A DNA stretch of 63,975 nt, filler included, from Collodictyon triciliatum (GCA_043381765.1; 16 parts of 16 records of this genome joined end to end with filler, not necessarily neighbours in it), one strand, 5' to 3'. Counted from the whole stretch's first letter, positions 41,566-55,329 are shown. Notes: generated from the sequence alone by a model not told the origin. Made by a program: numbers and translations.

Positions 41566-43745
41566 GGAAGCAGCTGTGACTCGCAAGAGCCGAAACCGAT
41601 GCGGTAACCTTCTCCCTGCGCAAAGGCCCTCATAATGACGCTATCGTGGTCTTCAATGAAGCGGCGGACTTCCCCACTCGGCAAGGTGATTGGCTTTGTT
41701 CCACGCCACGCCAACTCCAACATGCTTCCGTAGCTATCTTCAGCCTGATTGTATTGCGAGTGAGACTTTGCGGTGCCCATGATTTTCTTTCACATACCTC
41801 AATACAAGAAAACATGTGCCAAAGAACATTATAAGCCACATCGCTGTGGCAATTCCACAACATGAAACGTTACATCTCCGCTGATGGTCCCTGTTCCAAG
41901 CAAATCTCCGGCGTTCATGTTGCAGCCATTGACGCAATGATGGGTGAGCTGTTGTGTGATGCTCCAATATGTGTTGCGCATGTTGCTGCGGCAGACAACG
42001 TGAGGCTCCTCCAGCTGAGGCGTCTTGATTGCAACCTAAAACGAGGCAGTAAATAAATGACTGAGTGCCGATGGAAAAGCTCACAAAAAAGGATTACATA
42101 CAAAATTCCAAAAAAAAAACAAAAAAAACAAAAAAAACAAAAAAAACAAAAAAAACAAAAAAAACAAAAAAAACAAAAAAACAAAGGAAATGATTCGGGA
42201 CTGCAAACAGTCGTTGCATTTTGTTTTCCTTAAGATTTCCATTCCCCATATACGAATTCAAGAAAAAAGAAAACAGCCATGTGGAGAGCCAAAAACACAA
42301 GAATAGTTCCCACATGCCAACATAAGAAAGAAACCTCGAGATTTATGTCGTATGCATTGGGCCCGGACTCTTGCAAATAGGGCAGAGGGGTCGGATTCTG
42401 AGGCTCATTTGACACAAGGAAGGGCTCCAAAGCATCAAGCGTCACAACCCACGGGGAAATAGTCGTGCCAAAGTTCTTTCCAAGGAAGGGGCCCAAAGGA
42501 ACTTTGTGAACAGAATAAATATATCAGATCCTTGTTGGCCAATAGAAAAAAGAAAATAAAAGAAAAGTTTTTTTTGACTTCAGGTGGATATCGCAGTAAT
42601 TAGAAGAAAAAAGTACCGTATTCCCATTTTTGAATATCACGCGCTGTGATGTATATTTGTGAAGGAACATCATATAACAAAGGTACTTTAGAGGGTCTTC
42701 AGCAAATAACGCGCATGAAATGAGAGCCAGTAAATCTCACAGTTATATGGACGAAGGATAAAATCCTACCGCTCCAATCATTCAAGATAACAATTCCAAA
42801 TATATGGTCTTTGGCTGCGGTAATGGGGATAGGATCGCCAAGATTATTTCCAGGACCCACGAAGAACCCCTATATACAGCGAGGATTATTGTTGACCAAA
42901 AATATCATAGTTTGAAACAATATAAATACCCGAGTGTTTTTGCTCTATAATGCGCGTGGCGGGATATCTCTTTAATCATCAAAATGTATACAGAACGACG
43001 TCGGTTGATAATGAACGAAATATCAGACCATTTCGAGTTCAAAGTCCAACTGACGCGATGGCCCGAACGAAGGAGCCGGTGCATCGTCAGCTTTTGTTTG
43101 GCCCCGAGGACGACGAACGGGAGTCTGTGACACTACCACAGAGGATGAGCGGCCGTGATAGCCGACGGGCAAATGAAGCCTGTAATCAGAAAACATAGCG
43201 ATGATAAAGTGACTGAAATGAAGTGACTGGTACACTTGCTGAAGGATTGAATCGATGACACTCAGCATATTTCCATACATGATAGTGTATTCTAAAGAAG
43301 GAAATGACGGAGAAAAAAAAGAAAGAAATAAAGAAGAACCAGTTGGGCATCAAGGCATTTTCTTTTCCTCGAAACATAATCCCAACGTTGCTAGCGTGAC
43401 TCTTGGAGGCGTAGAAGTCTGTATAATCACCAATCCTAGCTGGAAGATGCATCTTGACCTGAATAAATCATTGGGTAATTTTAAGATTATGAAGTTAACT
43501 TGGTAGTGCCTTCGCTATTTCATACATAGCCACATTTGAAATGGAGATATGGCTATGGCATATAGGAGGGGCTATGATGGCAAATTGCTGTGTGAACAAC
43601 CTGATCGAGTGGAATTAAAGCCTGCTGACGAATGGCTTGGTTATCGCGCAGGGTTGGGCATTCTTGGGAAAGAAGAGCGGTTAAAGCAGAACGCACCTCA
43701 GTCCAGACAGCACGACCGGCACCCATCAAAGGGTTGAGAACAGGC
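41566..43745 (-). CDS. FAH: Fumarylacetoacetase (partial, many exons)
   Basis: [83 protein letters not shown]. Confidence 0.97.
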
Positions 43746-44762
43746 TATGATTATTTTGGGTCAATCAGGGCTTTTCTATTTGATCCACTCATGCCTCGAG
43801 CATCACTTTAGATAACGCACTCAATCTTAGTCCTTTTTTTTCATATGATTCGTTTGTTGCAGGTCGTCATAAATTAATTGTATGTATGTATGTATGTATG
43901 TATGTATGTATGTATGTATGTATGTATGTATGTATGTATGTATGTATGTATGTATGTATGTATGTATGTATGTATNNNNNNNNNNNNNNNNNNNNNNNNN
44001 NNNNNNNNNNNNNNNNNNNTTAATTAATTAANNNNNNNNNNNNNNNNNNNNNNNNNNNNNNNNNNNNNNNNNNNNTCCTCTTCCTCTTCCTCTTCCTCTT
44101 CCTCTTCCTCTTCCTCTTCCTCTTCCTCTTCCTCTTCCTCTTCCTCTTCCTCTTCCTCTTCCTCTTCCTCTTTTGTTTGACTTTGATTTCGGATATTATC
44201 ACCGAAGTGTTCCACTTTAATTTTTAGGATGTGGTAAAGCAACTCTGTGGAAATGCTATAGCTAAGTAACTTAATGCCCAATTGCCTTTTGTTTGGAACT
44301 GAAAGTTCTGAATTCCACCAAATTCATAATTGTATGTTTTATAAAAACCATGATTTTTATGCGGAGAAAACGAATACACTCAAACTGGAAAACTATGTTC
44401 AATAAACATATTGACTATCTTCCTAAGCGCGCCCTCATTCAGTGCTATTTTGACTGGAAACAGAGAGCTTCGGAAAATCGTTGCAATATGTCTCCCATCT
44501 CGTTTCAACCCTTGCTACACATGAAATCAATCAAGAAGCTCTGTTCCCTGTCTGACTGACTCACCATTATTTTCCACCCAGAGACACTATCACATTGGTC
44601 GTTTTGCCCGTGTCAGCTTCGCATCATGCGCACTTTTTTCGGTCCCTAAAATTGCTCAATCTTCTGAACTTATAATCGAGGATTATTTAGTTCAAAATAA
44701 TATATGAGTTGCGTCTTTTTAGCCCATATTGAGTAAAAAAAATTGTTTATGCAAGCAAAACA

Positions 44763-44932
44763 GGCAAGCACAAGACCCGCTACAGGCCAAACCACAGGAT
44801 GCAATTCCTGATAACTGGCTACTTCTCCGCCACCCGGCCACCAAGAAGCATCCATGCAAACGATGTCTAGCAAACCAAAGCCAACACCTCCGCCATCCTG
44901 CACAAAATTGAAAGGAAGAATGATAAAAAAAA
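44763..44932 (+). mobile_element. 5'-truncated LINE family A copy with poly(A) and 14-bp TSD
   Basis: TSD ATGCAAGCAAAACA at 44749-44762 and 44933-44946; similar to about 31570-31660 (minus) and 55222-55293. Confidence 0.88.
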
Positions 44933-45002
44933 ATGCAAGCAAAACATAGCAACATCAATAATAGGGATGATATGATATAGAATATAATCCCATAATGTCT
45001 AA

Positions 45003-45136
45003 CCTTTTTTTTTCCTTTATTCAATTCAAATTGCAGCGGGGTTATGCCATACAAATTGGCGGGATGGGAGTGCATGGTAGAGAACAAACACGAGTAGGAG
45101 AAGACACTACCGTGGAGAGGCTAGCACTGGAAAGAA
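45003..45136 (-). mobile_element. Longest retroposon family B copy (134 bp) with 14-bp TSD
   Basis: TSD CCCATAATGTCTAA at 44989-45002 and 45137-45150; 3' end ACCCCGCTGCAATTTGAATTGAATAAAGG(A)n matches the 26377 copy. Confidence 0.85.
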
Positions 45137-48100
45137 CCCATAATGTCTAATCTTCATCCAAATCATAGTCGAAACCTAGTAGAGCCTCAAACCAAAGAAC
45201 TTTCGTTACTCAAGAATTAATGCAATCGCTGATACGTCAATCAAAATTGGATGTCTGATACCTAAATTATGACTATTTCGTTTACTCGCATTAATGCATA
45301 CTTTTGAGGAACTGAAAGGGAATAATGAATGAAAAACATATGCCCTTTGGAAGAAAATTTTCGAGTATTCGATTCATTTGTGGGTGAAGCGCACAAAACC
45401 ATCCATTAAGGCCCCTCGCACGGCAATGTCTTACCTTAATAAAATGATAGCATGATCTTTATTGAATTTTTTCTGATAAATAAATTCGAAACGACTGTAT
45501 TTCATGCGAGAGCAAAATTTGTAGCACTTTCGGGGACATTTTCCTTTCTTTTCTGTAGGCTCTGCACGATGATATTTTCAGAAGTGGGGTGTGAGCACTT
45601 ACGAGAGAGAAAAAAAAAACATACTTGATACAATCAGAAGTATCTTCATATGAGCAAAAATTGCAGGATTCGGTGTTTCGAATGGCGTACAAAACTTAAT
45701 GAGATTAAATCTTGGTATAAATTACGGTTGGAAAAGAACGCATATATGAGCTCTTTGGAATCACCAGAGGCCGCACAAGCTACAAGCCGGTGGGTGAGGA
45801 GATTTGATTTTTATTATTACGTATCCCTGTCACGGTAAGACATATATTGTGGAATTTAAAATGCGTATCGTTTTTGTTACATGTCGCCAAATTTATGAGC
45901 AAGCTTTATAAACTAGTCATTGTTGAGACACAAATACCAAAATTGTAGAGGATTGATGGATACATTTCTGTTGTTCATATAAATATTGTAGCTTCTGAAA
46001 CTATTTGACCTTTCTAGCAACCAGCTTTTGTCGCTATGATGGTTCCATTGACTTCATAGATAGTGAGTAAAAGTATCATGTTACTGCGAGAAGCATCGCA
46101 CATGGCTGGACTTCCTGGTCTTCATATTGATAGCAATTAGGTGTAACTCCATTTTATTTTTTTGTAAGGGAAATAAGCTTGCCAAGATGCGTACAGGTAG
46201 AGGAGCTTATACTGCAAATCACAGTGCTAACGAATTTGGAAACATTCCTTGCAGTCGACAACGACGGCTAAGTGAACGTAACATGAGCCCCACGAGGCCT
46301 TTCAAACCTTTCATGCTATAGCGATGAGACTTCTTGGATAAGGCATAGTACAAATGGCAGTGCCCCCAAAATTCGGAGCTCTATGACCCTGCAAGCGACG
46401 TGATCACTCATAATCTTTCTCGCGCTATAATTATCGAACACTTCCAGCACATTTCCTACATGTTGGAACTGTAGCAGAAACCCGTAAGACTGGAGAGTTA
46501 TGAAGAGCTGCTAACCCAGGTAGTAACTATACTCACTGCGCCTTGGGCAGTTTTTGATGATACCACCGAAGTCCCAGTCCCCCGAGAAATAAATAAATAA
46601 AAAAAAACCTAGTACCCAGGCTACTATCTCGCGATAAGTTGGCACATACTTCGAGCACAGACCTCGACATGTGAGGGACATTGATGGGCAAGAGCAACTC
46701 TGGGCTGTTCTACAATATTTAGTCGAGGAATGAACCTGCTCCGAAGGTTGCTAATAACAATTAATACCTGAAACTTACAATCCTTGCTATGGATACTTCT
46801 GTAAATTTTGCAAGCTCAAGCAATACTCGTATTAGATTATATACATCACCCATAATCTGCGATTATATTTTCTTCTAAAAAATGAAAGCGATGAATCTCA
46901 GTAAATACGCAAGTATCGTAACTTCATTTGGGTTCTGTGACCATAAAATCGACGATGATATTAAATAGCAGGCCTGACAAACATGTGAGAAGCCGCCAGC
47001 GCGAAGCTTTGAACCAAAAAAAATGAGAATATTTTGGGTCTAAAAGGAGAATATTCACACATGTACCGCCAGAAAAAAAACGAAAAACTACAGAGTTAAA
47101 GCTATTCACATCCTTAGTGACTTTGCGCATCAGATACAATTAAAAGGCATGATCATTTGTGGAATATAATATAAACTTCAAAACATTCTGCGATACTATT
47201 AAAAAAAATGTTTGCAAGAATAAAACCAATATAATTATAGTCCATCAATTCATTCACAATCAATTTGCGTGGGTTCTCTGTAAAGCACATATAAAACAAA
47301 TATTCCAAAAGCGAAGCACCACTTTATTTGTATCATTCAACGGATATGGATCCAAATAAATACTTATTCAATGAATTATTCAAAACTTGAGCCTAATTTA
47401 TCTATGCAGAAAATTTTACATATAAAGGGTTTTACATGGAAGAATAAAGACCTCAAACACGGGGCAGAATTCTATCGAATCACCTGGCCTCCAAAGAATC
47501 GCGCCTGTGCAAATGAAACATCCACGAGCAACCACCGACACCCGGCGATGGGGCTCAGGCTTCCGTTGCGTAAAACCTCCGAGGTACCACCTGACTAAAA
47601 GTGTGTCAAAAACGCCTGCGAAAGACACTAGAGACTAGCCCAGATGAAGCAAAGTAACAATATTTTTTTTTATTCTAAAAGTCTTAGCTGTTGAGCCCGT
47701 CTCAACAATCTTTCATTCAACCATCAGGCAAGTAGTTCCAAAGTAGATGGGGATGTGTGGGAGATAGAAAAAGAAAAACAGGGATAAAGGGGAAAAAAAC
47801 GGAAAAGAGAGGTCCTTGAGGCTTGATAAGAGACGCATGGATTTCTTTTGGGGACGCGTGATAGTGTCCCGCGAGCATGAAAAAAAAAAAGGGACGGGTG
47901 ATATTGATTGGATGGAGGAGGGGGAATACTGCTTTGATGGCGCAAGCTGTCGAAAAGGATGGTGAAAAGAGAAGTGANNNNNNNNNNNNNNNNNNNNNNN
48001 NNNNNNNNNNNNNNNNNNNNNTTAATTAATTAANNNNNNNNNNNNNNNNNNNNNNNNNNNNNNNNNNNNNNNNNNNNAAAAAAAAAAAAAACAAAAACAA

Positions 48101-48217
48101 AAACAAAAACAAAAACAAAAACAAAAACAAAAACAAAAACAAAAACAAAAACAAAAACAAAAACAAAAACAAAAACAAAAAATACAGTAAGGCAGGCGAT
48201 GCTATCTAAACAGGAAC

Positions 48218-51200
48218 CTCTCCAAAACTTCCAGAGCCGATGAGCTCCAGAAGTTTGACTTCATCCACGTCTATGGCAATATGTAGATGTCTTGTTCTTT
48301 CTTCAAATTTGTTCCTCTTGCGGGAAAGATAAAGAAAATATGAAGCTGTCACGATCAACAGAATTCCCACACCGACCGAAATTCCGATAATAATGCTAAT
48401 GCCTTTGAAAAAAAAAGGCGCGTTATATTTGAAGTTAGAGTATTGGATAAAAAAAAAAAGGGCATGGGTTAAAATTTTGAAAAAAATACTTCAGTCTTCC
48501 AAAGAATAATTCCTCGTTATCATAATTTACAATTATTAGATAAATAAAATAATAACTAGGTGGCGATGCATCATCCTTGTGACATTCTTTCTATAATAAA
48601 AACAAAGAAAGTATTATTTATCGTCTGCATACTAATACGAGAGGTTCAAAAAATCAATTGGTATCCAAAGTTGTCAAGATGTAATTTTAAGAAAAACCTC
48701 AGTAGAATCGGGTTTGCATCGTTCACAACTAATTTTTGAGGAATTATAGTAGTAATTTGGGCGACATTGGCAGCCATCCAAGGCATCATATGCCGCAGAA
48801 CCCGGACATGCTTTTTGTTTTAATTATTTTTATTTATGAAACTTGGTGGAATGCAGATAGCTCTAATTTCTCTAAAATTTATATTATAGCAACATAACAT
48901 GCATGTGAAATATTTAAGTACCTATATGTTTGGCTATGAAGCCAGACCTTTTTTCAGATGAATTCCTACTTTTTGCAGAATATAGCGTGACAGTGAATCC
49001 TCCATTGGGATTGTTAATCAACTCACTGGCTCCATATCCTTCAAATTTAGTCACAAAGTCATCGGCTGGACTGAATCCAGTTTTTTCAACGTATACGCTA
49101 GAAGTAAATATTAATTTTTTTTTGAAAAAAAACATGTCAAAGCCTATGACAGACATCTAAGGTGATGATGGATCGTTCGGACTAGATTACACAACACTCA
49201 CGCATCGTCACTAGTTAAGTTGTAACTCAATTGAATGAAGGTGGAGTTTAGAACACTCCATCGACAACTTCGGCCAGGACTATATCCCACAGGCCCACTC
49301 CCATCTCCAAATGAAGACATACTTCCATTTCCAATTATAATAAGAGCGGGGTCGAAGGAACAGAATCCTACCATATATGAAGCATTTTTTACATTAAAAG
49401 TAATGCAGGGGTAGTTAAATCATCCATAACTGGATATGCACATATATGCCAGATTTGTAACATTTCGTATGTAAGAGACCTGGTCGTTGTGAAATCACGA
49501 TGTTTTGTAGTGCCACCCCATTGGACCCTCCAAATAGGATGATTTTATCTCCAAAGTTCACTCCACTATGTCCTTGTAGATTTGCTTGGAATTGGCCAAC
49601 GAGAGGTATCCACTGAAGAGATTCTATATATTTGTCGGTTATAAATTCCGGATTAATATTTCTATTGGGATTATTATTGTTATTTATTATTTGTGTGTTC
49701 AACTGGTTAGAATGATCTGGGGACACAAACCGTAATCTAAATACCAGTATCGATCTCCAGTATTCCCATTTGACGTAATCCCGCCATGGATTACTGCACT
49801 TTTGGACGATGGAACCCATGCAAAATTCGATAGACCTTGAGGATAGCCGATAGTTGTGGCCTTAACCCATGAGAAAGAACCTGTTTGATTTATAGAGGTT
49901 GAGTAATTAAGAACAATAAATATCGTGACGAACTATGAATGAACTCTTACTTGGATCAAAACAGTTTAATTCTGATGAGACCTTTCCGCCTGATGTTACA
50001 CCGCCAAATATACAAAACCTGCTACGGTCGAAGAAACCATAGCTCGAAATCAACTTCGACTATGCCCAATATAGTAAAAATTTGCATTATTTATTTAATT
50101 TTAATAGCCCCCACCCCGCGCGCGCTTGATTTAGTATGCATATGTATTTATTGACGTATGCACATATAAATCAAATTGAAGGTTTTTTATATAAAGAAAA
50201 TGCATTAGATAATATACTTACTGGACCGTTGATAGTTCCTATACCGATTATTCTTTTCTCTGATAGAGATATTTTAAATACTGTGCTGAAGTCTTCGTCA
50301 ATCGACATGGATGCGGGAATCTAAATATGAAATATGCATTTTCTTTTGGAATTCGACTAAAGTGCTCACAAATTAAAATATTCATAATTTTTTTAATCTG
50401 ACATCCCTGAGCAGAATACGATTGTTACCTGCCCTCCCCAAAGCCAGGCAGTGTCCCGGTCTATTCCAACGGCAAAGTTATATCGCTGAAATATGTTTTG
50501 AGCCGGGCTCAAATCATTTGCGGTCATAAATATCTCCCACTCCAAATTTTCTTGAATATTATGAGATGAAAGAAAGATCAGGAACGATGTTTATGACCAG
50601 GAGCTAAGATGCATGATATATCATCCTAAATACTTGGAATTTTAAGAGTATGATTTCAAGTTGTAATATCCTTAGTAAAATAAAATTGAAATCAATAAAG
50701 TATGAAAAAAAAAAACCTAGGGAGAAGGTCCAAATAGAACTATTGGATGGGTCCTCTTGCATTCCACCAATTATGAATATTCTATCATTAAAATGAAGCA
50801 TTCCCATGTGAGAGCGCTGTTCAGGAAAATTTGCAGCCATAGTATCAGGAGACAATAAGGTCCACTTGTTTGTATCTGATAGAAATCGATTTAAAAGGTG
50901 TGCCATGAGGTCTTGTTCCTCTTCAATTTTAAGAAAATATCGACATTTTTACACAAAAACTAATAAATTAACATAGACCATGTTTCATACAAAAGGGAAA
51001 AAATACCGATGTTATATTTCCAAAGGTCATTCAGAAATGATACCCCTGGTCTACAACTTCGTCCTCCAAATATTAATAGCTCAGAATTTGAAACTCCCAC
51101 TATTCCATTTCCATGTCTGAACACGGGCGAATGACTATTGACCCCTGCACGAAGCATAAGAGTATCTGTATAGGATTGGAGTGAATTTCTCGATAGAATG

Positions 51201-51747
51201 GTGGTATTTTGGTATACTATTAATTAACATGCAGTACAAGTTATTCTTAATACTGTTAAATTATTTCAAAGTAACAATGAACGCAAACTTAGGTCAATAA
51301 TCCAAATATCGTTTCCAAAACATTCTGATAGTGTCGCGAAGCCGCTTGATAAGAAAAAACGATCACGGAAATATGTTCCTAGGCCGCCATACTTCGGCGG
51401 GGGTGTATGAAAGACAGAAATGCCAGTATCGAAAGTTTCGCTTTCAACTACATTCCATTTCCATGTGTCTATTTCGTATTGCAGTAGAATAATTAGAGCA
51501 TTAATGAAGGAAAGAAAATAAAGCCATAATTTATTTATCTTTTTAAAAAGAATAAAGGAACCAAAAGTTACCGAAGTCAATCATGAGAAGATCTGATAAG
51601 GATGTTTGGCCATACAAACCACCATATATGTATGCTTTTGACCCTGCACTAGCATATTGCGACTTTTGTCTCCTTAGAAAAGATGTAGGTGCATATACAC
51701 AAGACTTTTCAGATGACAGGTAAACCAGCTTCCAAGTATTTGATTCT
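48218..51747 (-). CDS. Single-pass receptor kinase: Kelch-repeat ectodomain, Cys-rich module, TM, start of a TKL/tyrosine kinase domain (both ends truncated)
   Basis: Kelch motifs AYIYGG...LSDL, LLIFGG...LNDLWKY, IFIIGG, IILFGG; ACPGSAAYDALDGCQCRPNYYY...CERC; TM GISIIIGISVGVGILLIVTASYFLYL-SRKR; IDVDEVKLLELIGSGSFGE glycine-rich loop. Confidence 0.85.
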
Positions 51748-52079
51748 ATTAGTAGGGATTTCTTTAATCTCATGTACATTAGATATTCATTGGATTTCGA
51801 TGAAAAATTTCAATTCACTGCATTGTTATGGAAGAGATGAAAGATGAAAGAGGAAAGATGAAAGATGAAAGATGAAAGATGAAAGATGAAAGATGAAAGA
51901 TGAAAGATGAAAGATGAAAGATGAAAGATGAAAGATGAAAGATGAAAGATGAAAGAGAAGGAGAAGGAGAGAAAGAGAANNNNNNNNNNNNNNNNNNNNN
52001 NNNNNNNNNNNNNNNNNNNNNNNTTAATTAATTAANNNNNNNNNNNNNNNNNNNNNNNNNNNNNNNNNNNNNNNNNNNN

Positions 52080-52148
52080 TTTGTCACAAGAACCAGCTCC
52101 CTGCAAAGTTTACGGTCATGGGCAAAAAGTGTCCAAAGCGCATCCTCA
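52080..52148 (+). repeat. 69-nt exact terminal direct repeat (second copy at 55911-55979)
   Basis: First and last 69 nt of this scaffold are identical. Confidence 0.97.
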
Positions 52149-53090
52149 AAGAGCGTCCGCCAGCCGCGAACAACGAAGATAAGTAAAAGCCCACAAAAGA
52201 ATACACCCGCCAAGCAGACAAGCAGCAACGGGGTCAAGGAACCCAAGGCCAGGCAACAACTGAGCCCGCAAGACTCACAGCAGATACGCGTATTCAGCGA
52301 CAGCGACAATGACATTGAAGGAAATCTCGGTTCGTCTTCAGAATCCTCGCACTCGAGCCCTCCACCGCCAACACCGGACAAGCCCGCACATCGCAAGACC
52401 AAAGAGCAGCGCACCTCCAAACCCCGAAAGAAATCCCCCCTTAAACTACCCATTTAGACTGAAGTGAATATAGTTAACATAGGAAGCATCAAGGCAGTCT
52501 TCGTTACTTATCCGAAAGGATACTCCAAAGCGAAGGCAACACAAGAACCAGCGCCCACCAAAGACAGTCCGTTTACGCTACCCCAGCCCGTTGCACCGAG
52601 AACCAAGGAGCAAGAGCAAATACCACAAGTCGAATCCAAGCTTGGAATTTCACACACTAAAGACAGTCCGAGCAAGCAGGAGCGTATGTTACTAAAACCA
52701 CAAACGCGTATCCATACTCCGGTTAAGCAAAGTCCACTGCCGGCCTCGCATGGTCCCGATGCCAGGGACGGTCAAGCGCCACTTCCGAAAATACCAGACA
52801 AACAACGATGTATCGCTTTTTGTCTGAGTCGCCCAGCAAGAAACGCAAGGAAAGTGACCCGTTGTCCCCTCAAAAGACTCATCCAGTGGAATGAAATAGG
52901 ATGTAAACCTTGTCTGAGATAGAGGGTTGAAAAGACTCGTAGGAATCGATTTGAGAATAACTGCAATGTGGGTACTTTCATCGACCCGACAACTTCATCC
53001 ACTCTTCTGTCAGTCTCGAATGCAACCAGAAATCGCGTTGGAGCTGATTCACCTCGGGTAAAATAGTCTGCATGTGAGAACTCTCTCCTT
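52080..53090 (+). mobile_element. Continuation of a degenerate LINE ORF1-like region (low complexity, K/P/Q/S-rich, with stops)
   Basis: Continues 55330-55979 through the terminal overlap; intronless, higher GC, A/C-rich sense strand. Right boundary approximate. Confidence 0.55.
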
Positions 53091-53898
53091 TCTAGGTTCT
53101 TTTTTCTTTTTTTCTTTTTTCCACCCAAAACAAACAACCTCCAACCACACAATCCGGGATTTTCCCTGTCTTGCCCACATTACATTTCTTGTTCTAGAAG
53201 CGAAGGCGGTTTCTTCGGCTTTGTTTTATGTAAATAAGCTGTTGGAAAAAAACAAAAATAGATATTTTCAAATTTTTTGTTTCATATTCTAAATTTTTTT
53301 TGGTCGTCTTAAAGATGCTTGAGATGACTTATAATACACAGATTGTCGACCTTCAGTTAATGCCGTTCAGGCTTTGGAGAGATGTCATGAACATCACTAT
53401 ATACTCAAATCATGATCCTAAAGCCCGCCTTCCTCACTCCCAATTGTTTACTATATGAATTTATTAAAGTTCGGTTACGACTTTTTCAGCAGAGAATCCA
53501 CGCAATATTATTTGGCTAATGTTAGTAGCATTACTGGTTGCATCTTTTAACGCGTTAGCTTTGCAGTTCTTTTATAACTAACTTTATCCGAGGGAACATG
53601 TATGAACATGTGACTTCTATTCTTATCAAGGAAACAACAATATATTGAAGCATTAGGTTAATGCAATTGCTGTAACAAATCATCATTACCAGAATTAAAA
53701 AACCAACTTTAAGCTTGAATTTAACGTCCTATATAGAATGGATTACTGAATTATGCCTCAAAATTAACAATTTTTGCTAAATCAATGTTGTGCCTCACAC
53801 CCGCGATGAGTGTATATTATATAGGGTGAAATTTGAATCTAATTGTTATTCCAGTCGTCAATTTTTTTCTAACAATCTATCAAACAATTTTCAGGGTC

Positions 53899-55012
53899 AT
53901 GTCTTCGATCTGGTTAATACCGATAATGATTACTTTTTTAGTTTTTGGTTCTCTAGGCTATTTAAACTGTATGCTATCAAGTACAAGTAACCCTCTGAAG
54001 GACTCATGGGATGCGAGTGCCCATAAATATCTACCACATAATATTGACTATTATGGTTCTGATCTTCACTTAAAGGGGAGTGATGAAGTCAACCTTGACC
54101 ATAGAAGATTAAGCGATGAAGATTTATTGGAACGTATTGTTGACTGCCGCTCTGAATATCCTTCAGTCATTTATTACAATTGTGTTCCAAAGTGTGGCTC
54201 ATCCAGCATGAGGAAGTACATTGAGAATAATTCAAAATTATCACAGTTGGGGAACAAACCATTTTCAAAAAACTCATATATTCCCAGTTCAACCAAGGAA
54301 CACCCGATCAAGAACCCTTACGAATTGTATATATCGGAGGAAGAGAAGAAATACAGAATCCAGGAAATTTTGGAGAAGAAGCCAGCCATATTTGATAGTC
54401 ATACGGCGTACATATCTTACTTACCTGTGAATGCTCATAGTACTTTTACTGGATACGGCGATATAGCCTACTTCAATGTAGTCAGGGATCCCCTAGAGAG
54501 ATTATTGTCGTTTAAATCCTTTCAGTGCCGAAGATTCGGAGAGTTATGTAATAGCACATTAATCAGCGTCATGAGGTCTCATCGAAATGTCCAGATGACT
54601 TATATTTGCGGTCATCAAGAAGAATGCTTAGCTAGAGATGAAGATTCTCTCTATATTGCTAAAGTTAGGCTTATAACTAGCTACAGTTTTGTAGGAATAA
54701 CAGAACATTTACCCGAAACAGTCAAAGTTCTGAGGAAAATTTTTCCAGACTTCTTTATCGAGGTTAGAAATCGTGCACTACTATCAACACATTGTGCCTT
54801 TTTTGAAAAAATGTTTTCTTATTTTTATAAATTTCCGACAGGACTACGACGGGTTCAGAGAAAACGTAGGTAGGACTACTTCCAGCAAAGCCACCGAGAT
54901 ATCCCCGGAAGATTTAAATCGATTTCAAGAGATCAACAAGATTGATATTCTATTTTACGAATTTGCCAAAAAAGCTTTTGATAGGAAACTGAAAATCTGT
55001 AAACTGAAATAA
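53899..55012 (+). CDS. Heparan-sulfate 2-O / uronyl 2-O-sulfotransferase-like Golgi protein, 2 exons
   Basis: Signal anchor MSSIWLIPIMITFLVFGSLGYL; 5'-PSB YNCVPKCGSSS; 3'-PB VVRDPLERLLS; YICGH..EC; VGITE; intron 54763-54841. Confidence 0.88.
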
Positions 55013-55221
55013 AAACAAAATATGCGTATATGAAAAAATTCCTGTAATATAGAAGCCTTTTTACATGAAAATCCTCGCTCTTTATACATTTCGTCAACAG
55101 AGGAAAAACAAACAAACATCAATATATAAATGGTACGCATTGCGTTCGACTAAAACGGTTAAATGTTTTTTTCAATGGAAATAAAATTATTCTTCCCTAG
55201 AATATCAGGTGCTGTCTTCGA

Positions 55222-55293
55222 GCAAACGATGGCTAGCGAACCAAAGTCAACATCTTTACCATCCTGCACAAAATTGAAAGGCAGAATATAAAA
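55222..55293 (+). mobile_element. Short LINE family A 3' end with 18-bp TSD (2 mismatches)
   Basis: CCATCCTGCACAAAATTGAAAGG shared with the 44763 copy; ATCAGGTG(CT/TA)GTCTTCGA at 55204-55221 and 55294-55311. Confidence 0.85.
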
Positions 55294-55329
55294 ATCAGGT
55301 GTAGTCTTCGAAGTAAAATAAAAAATTTA

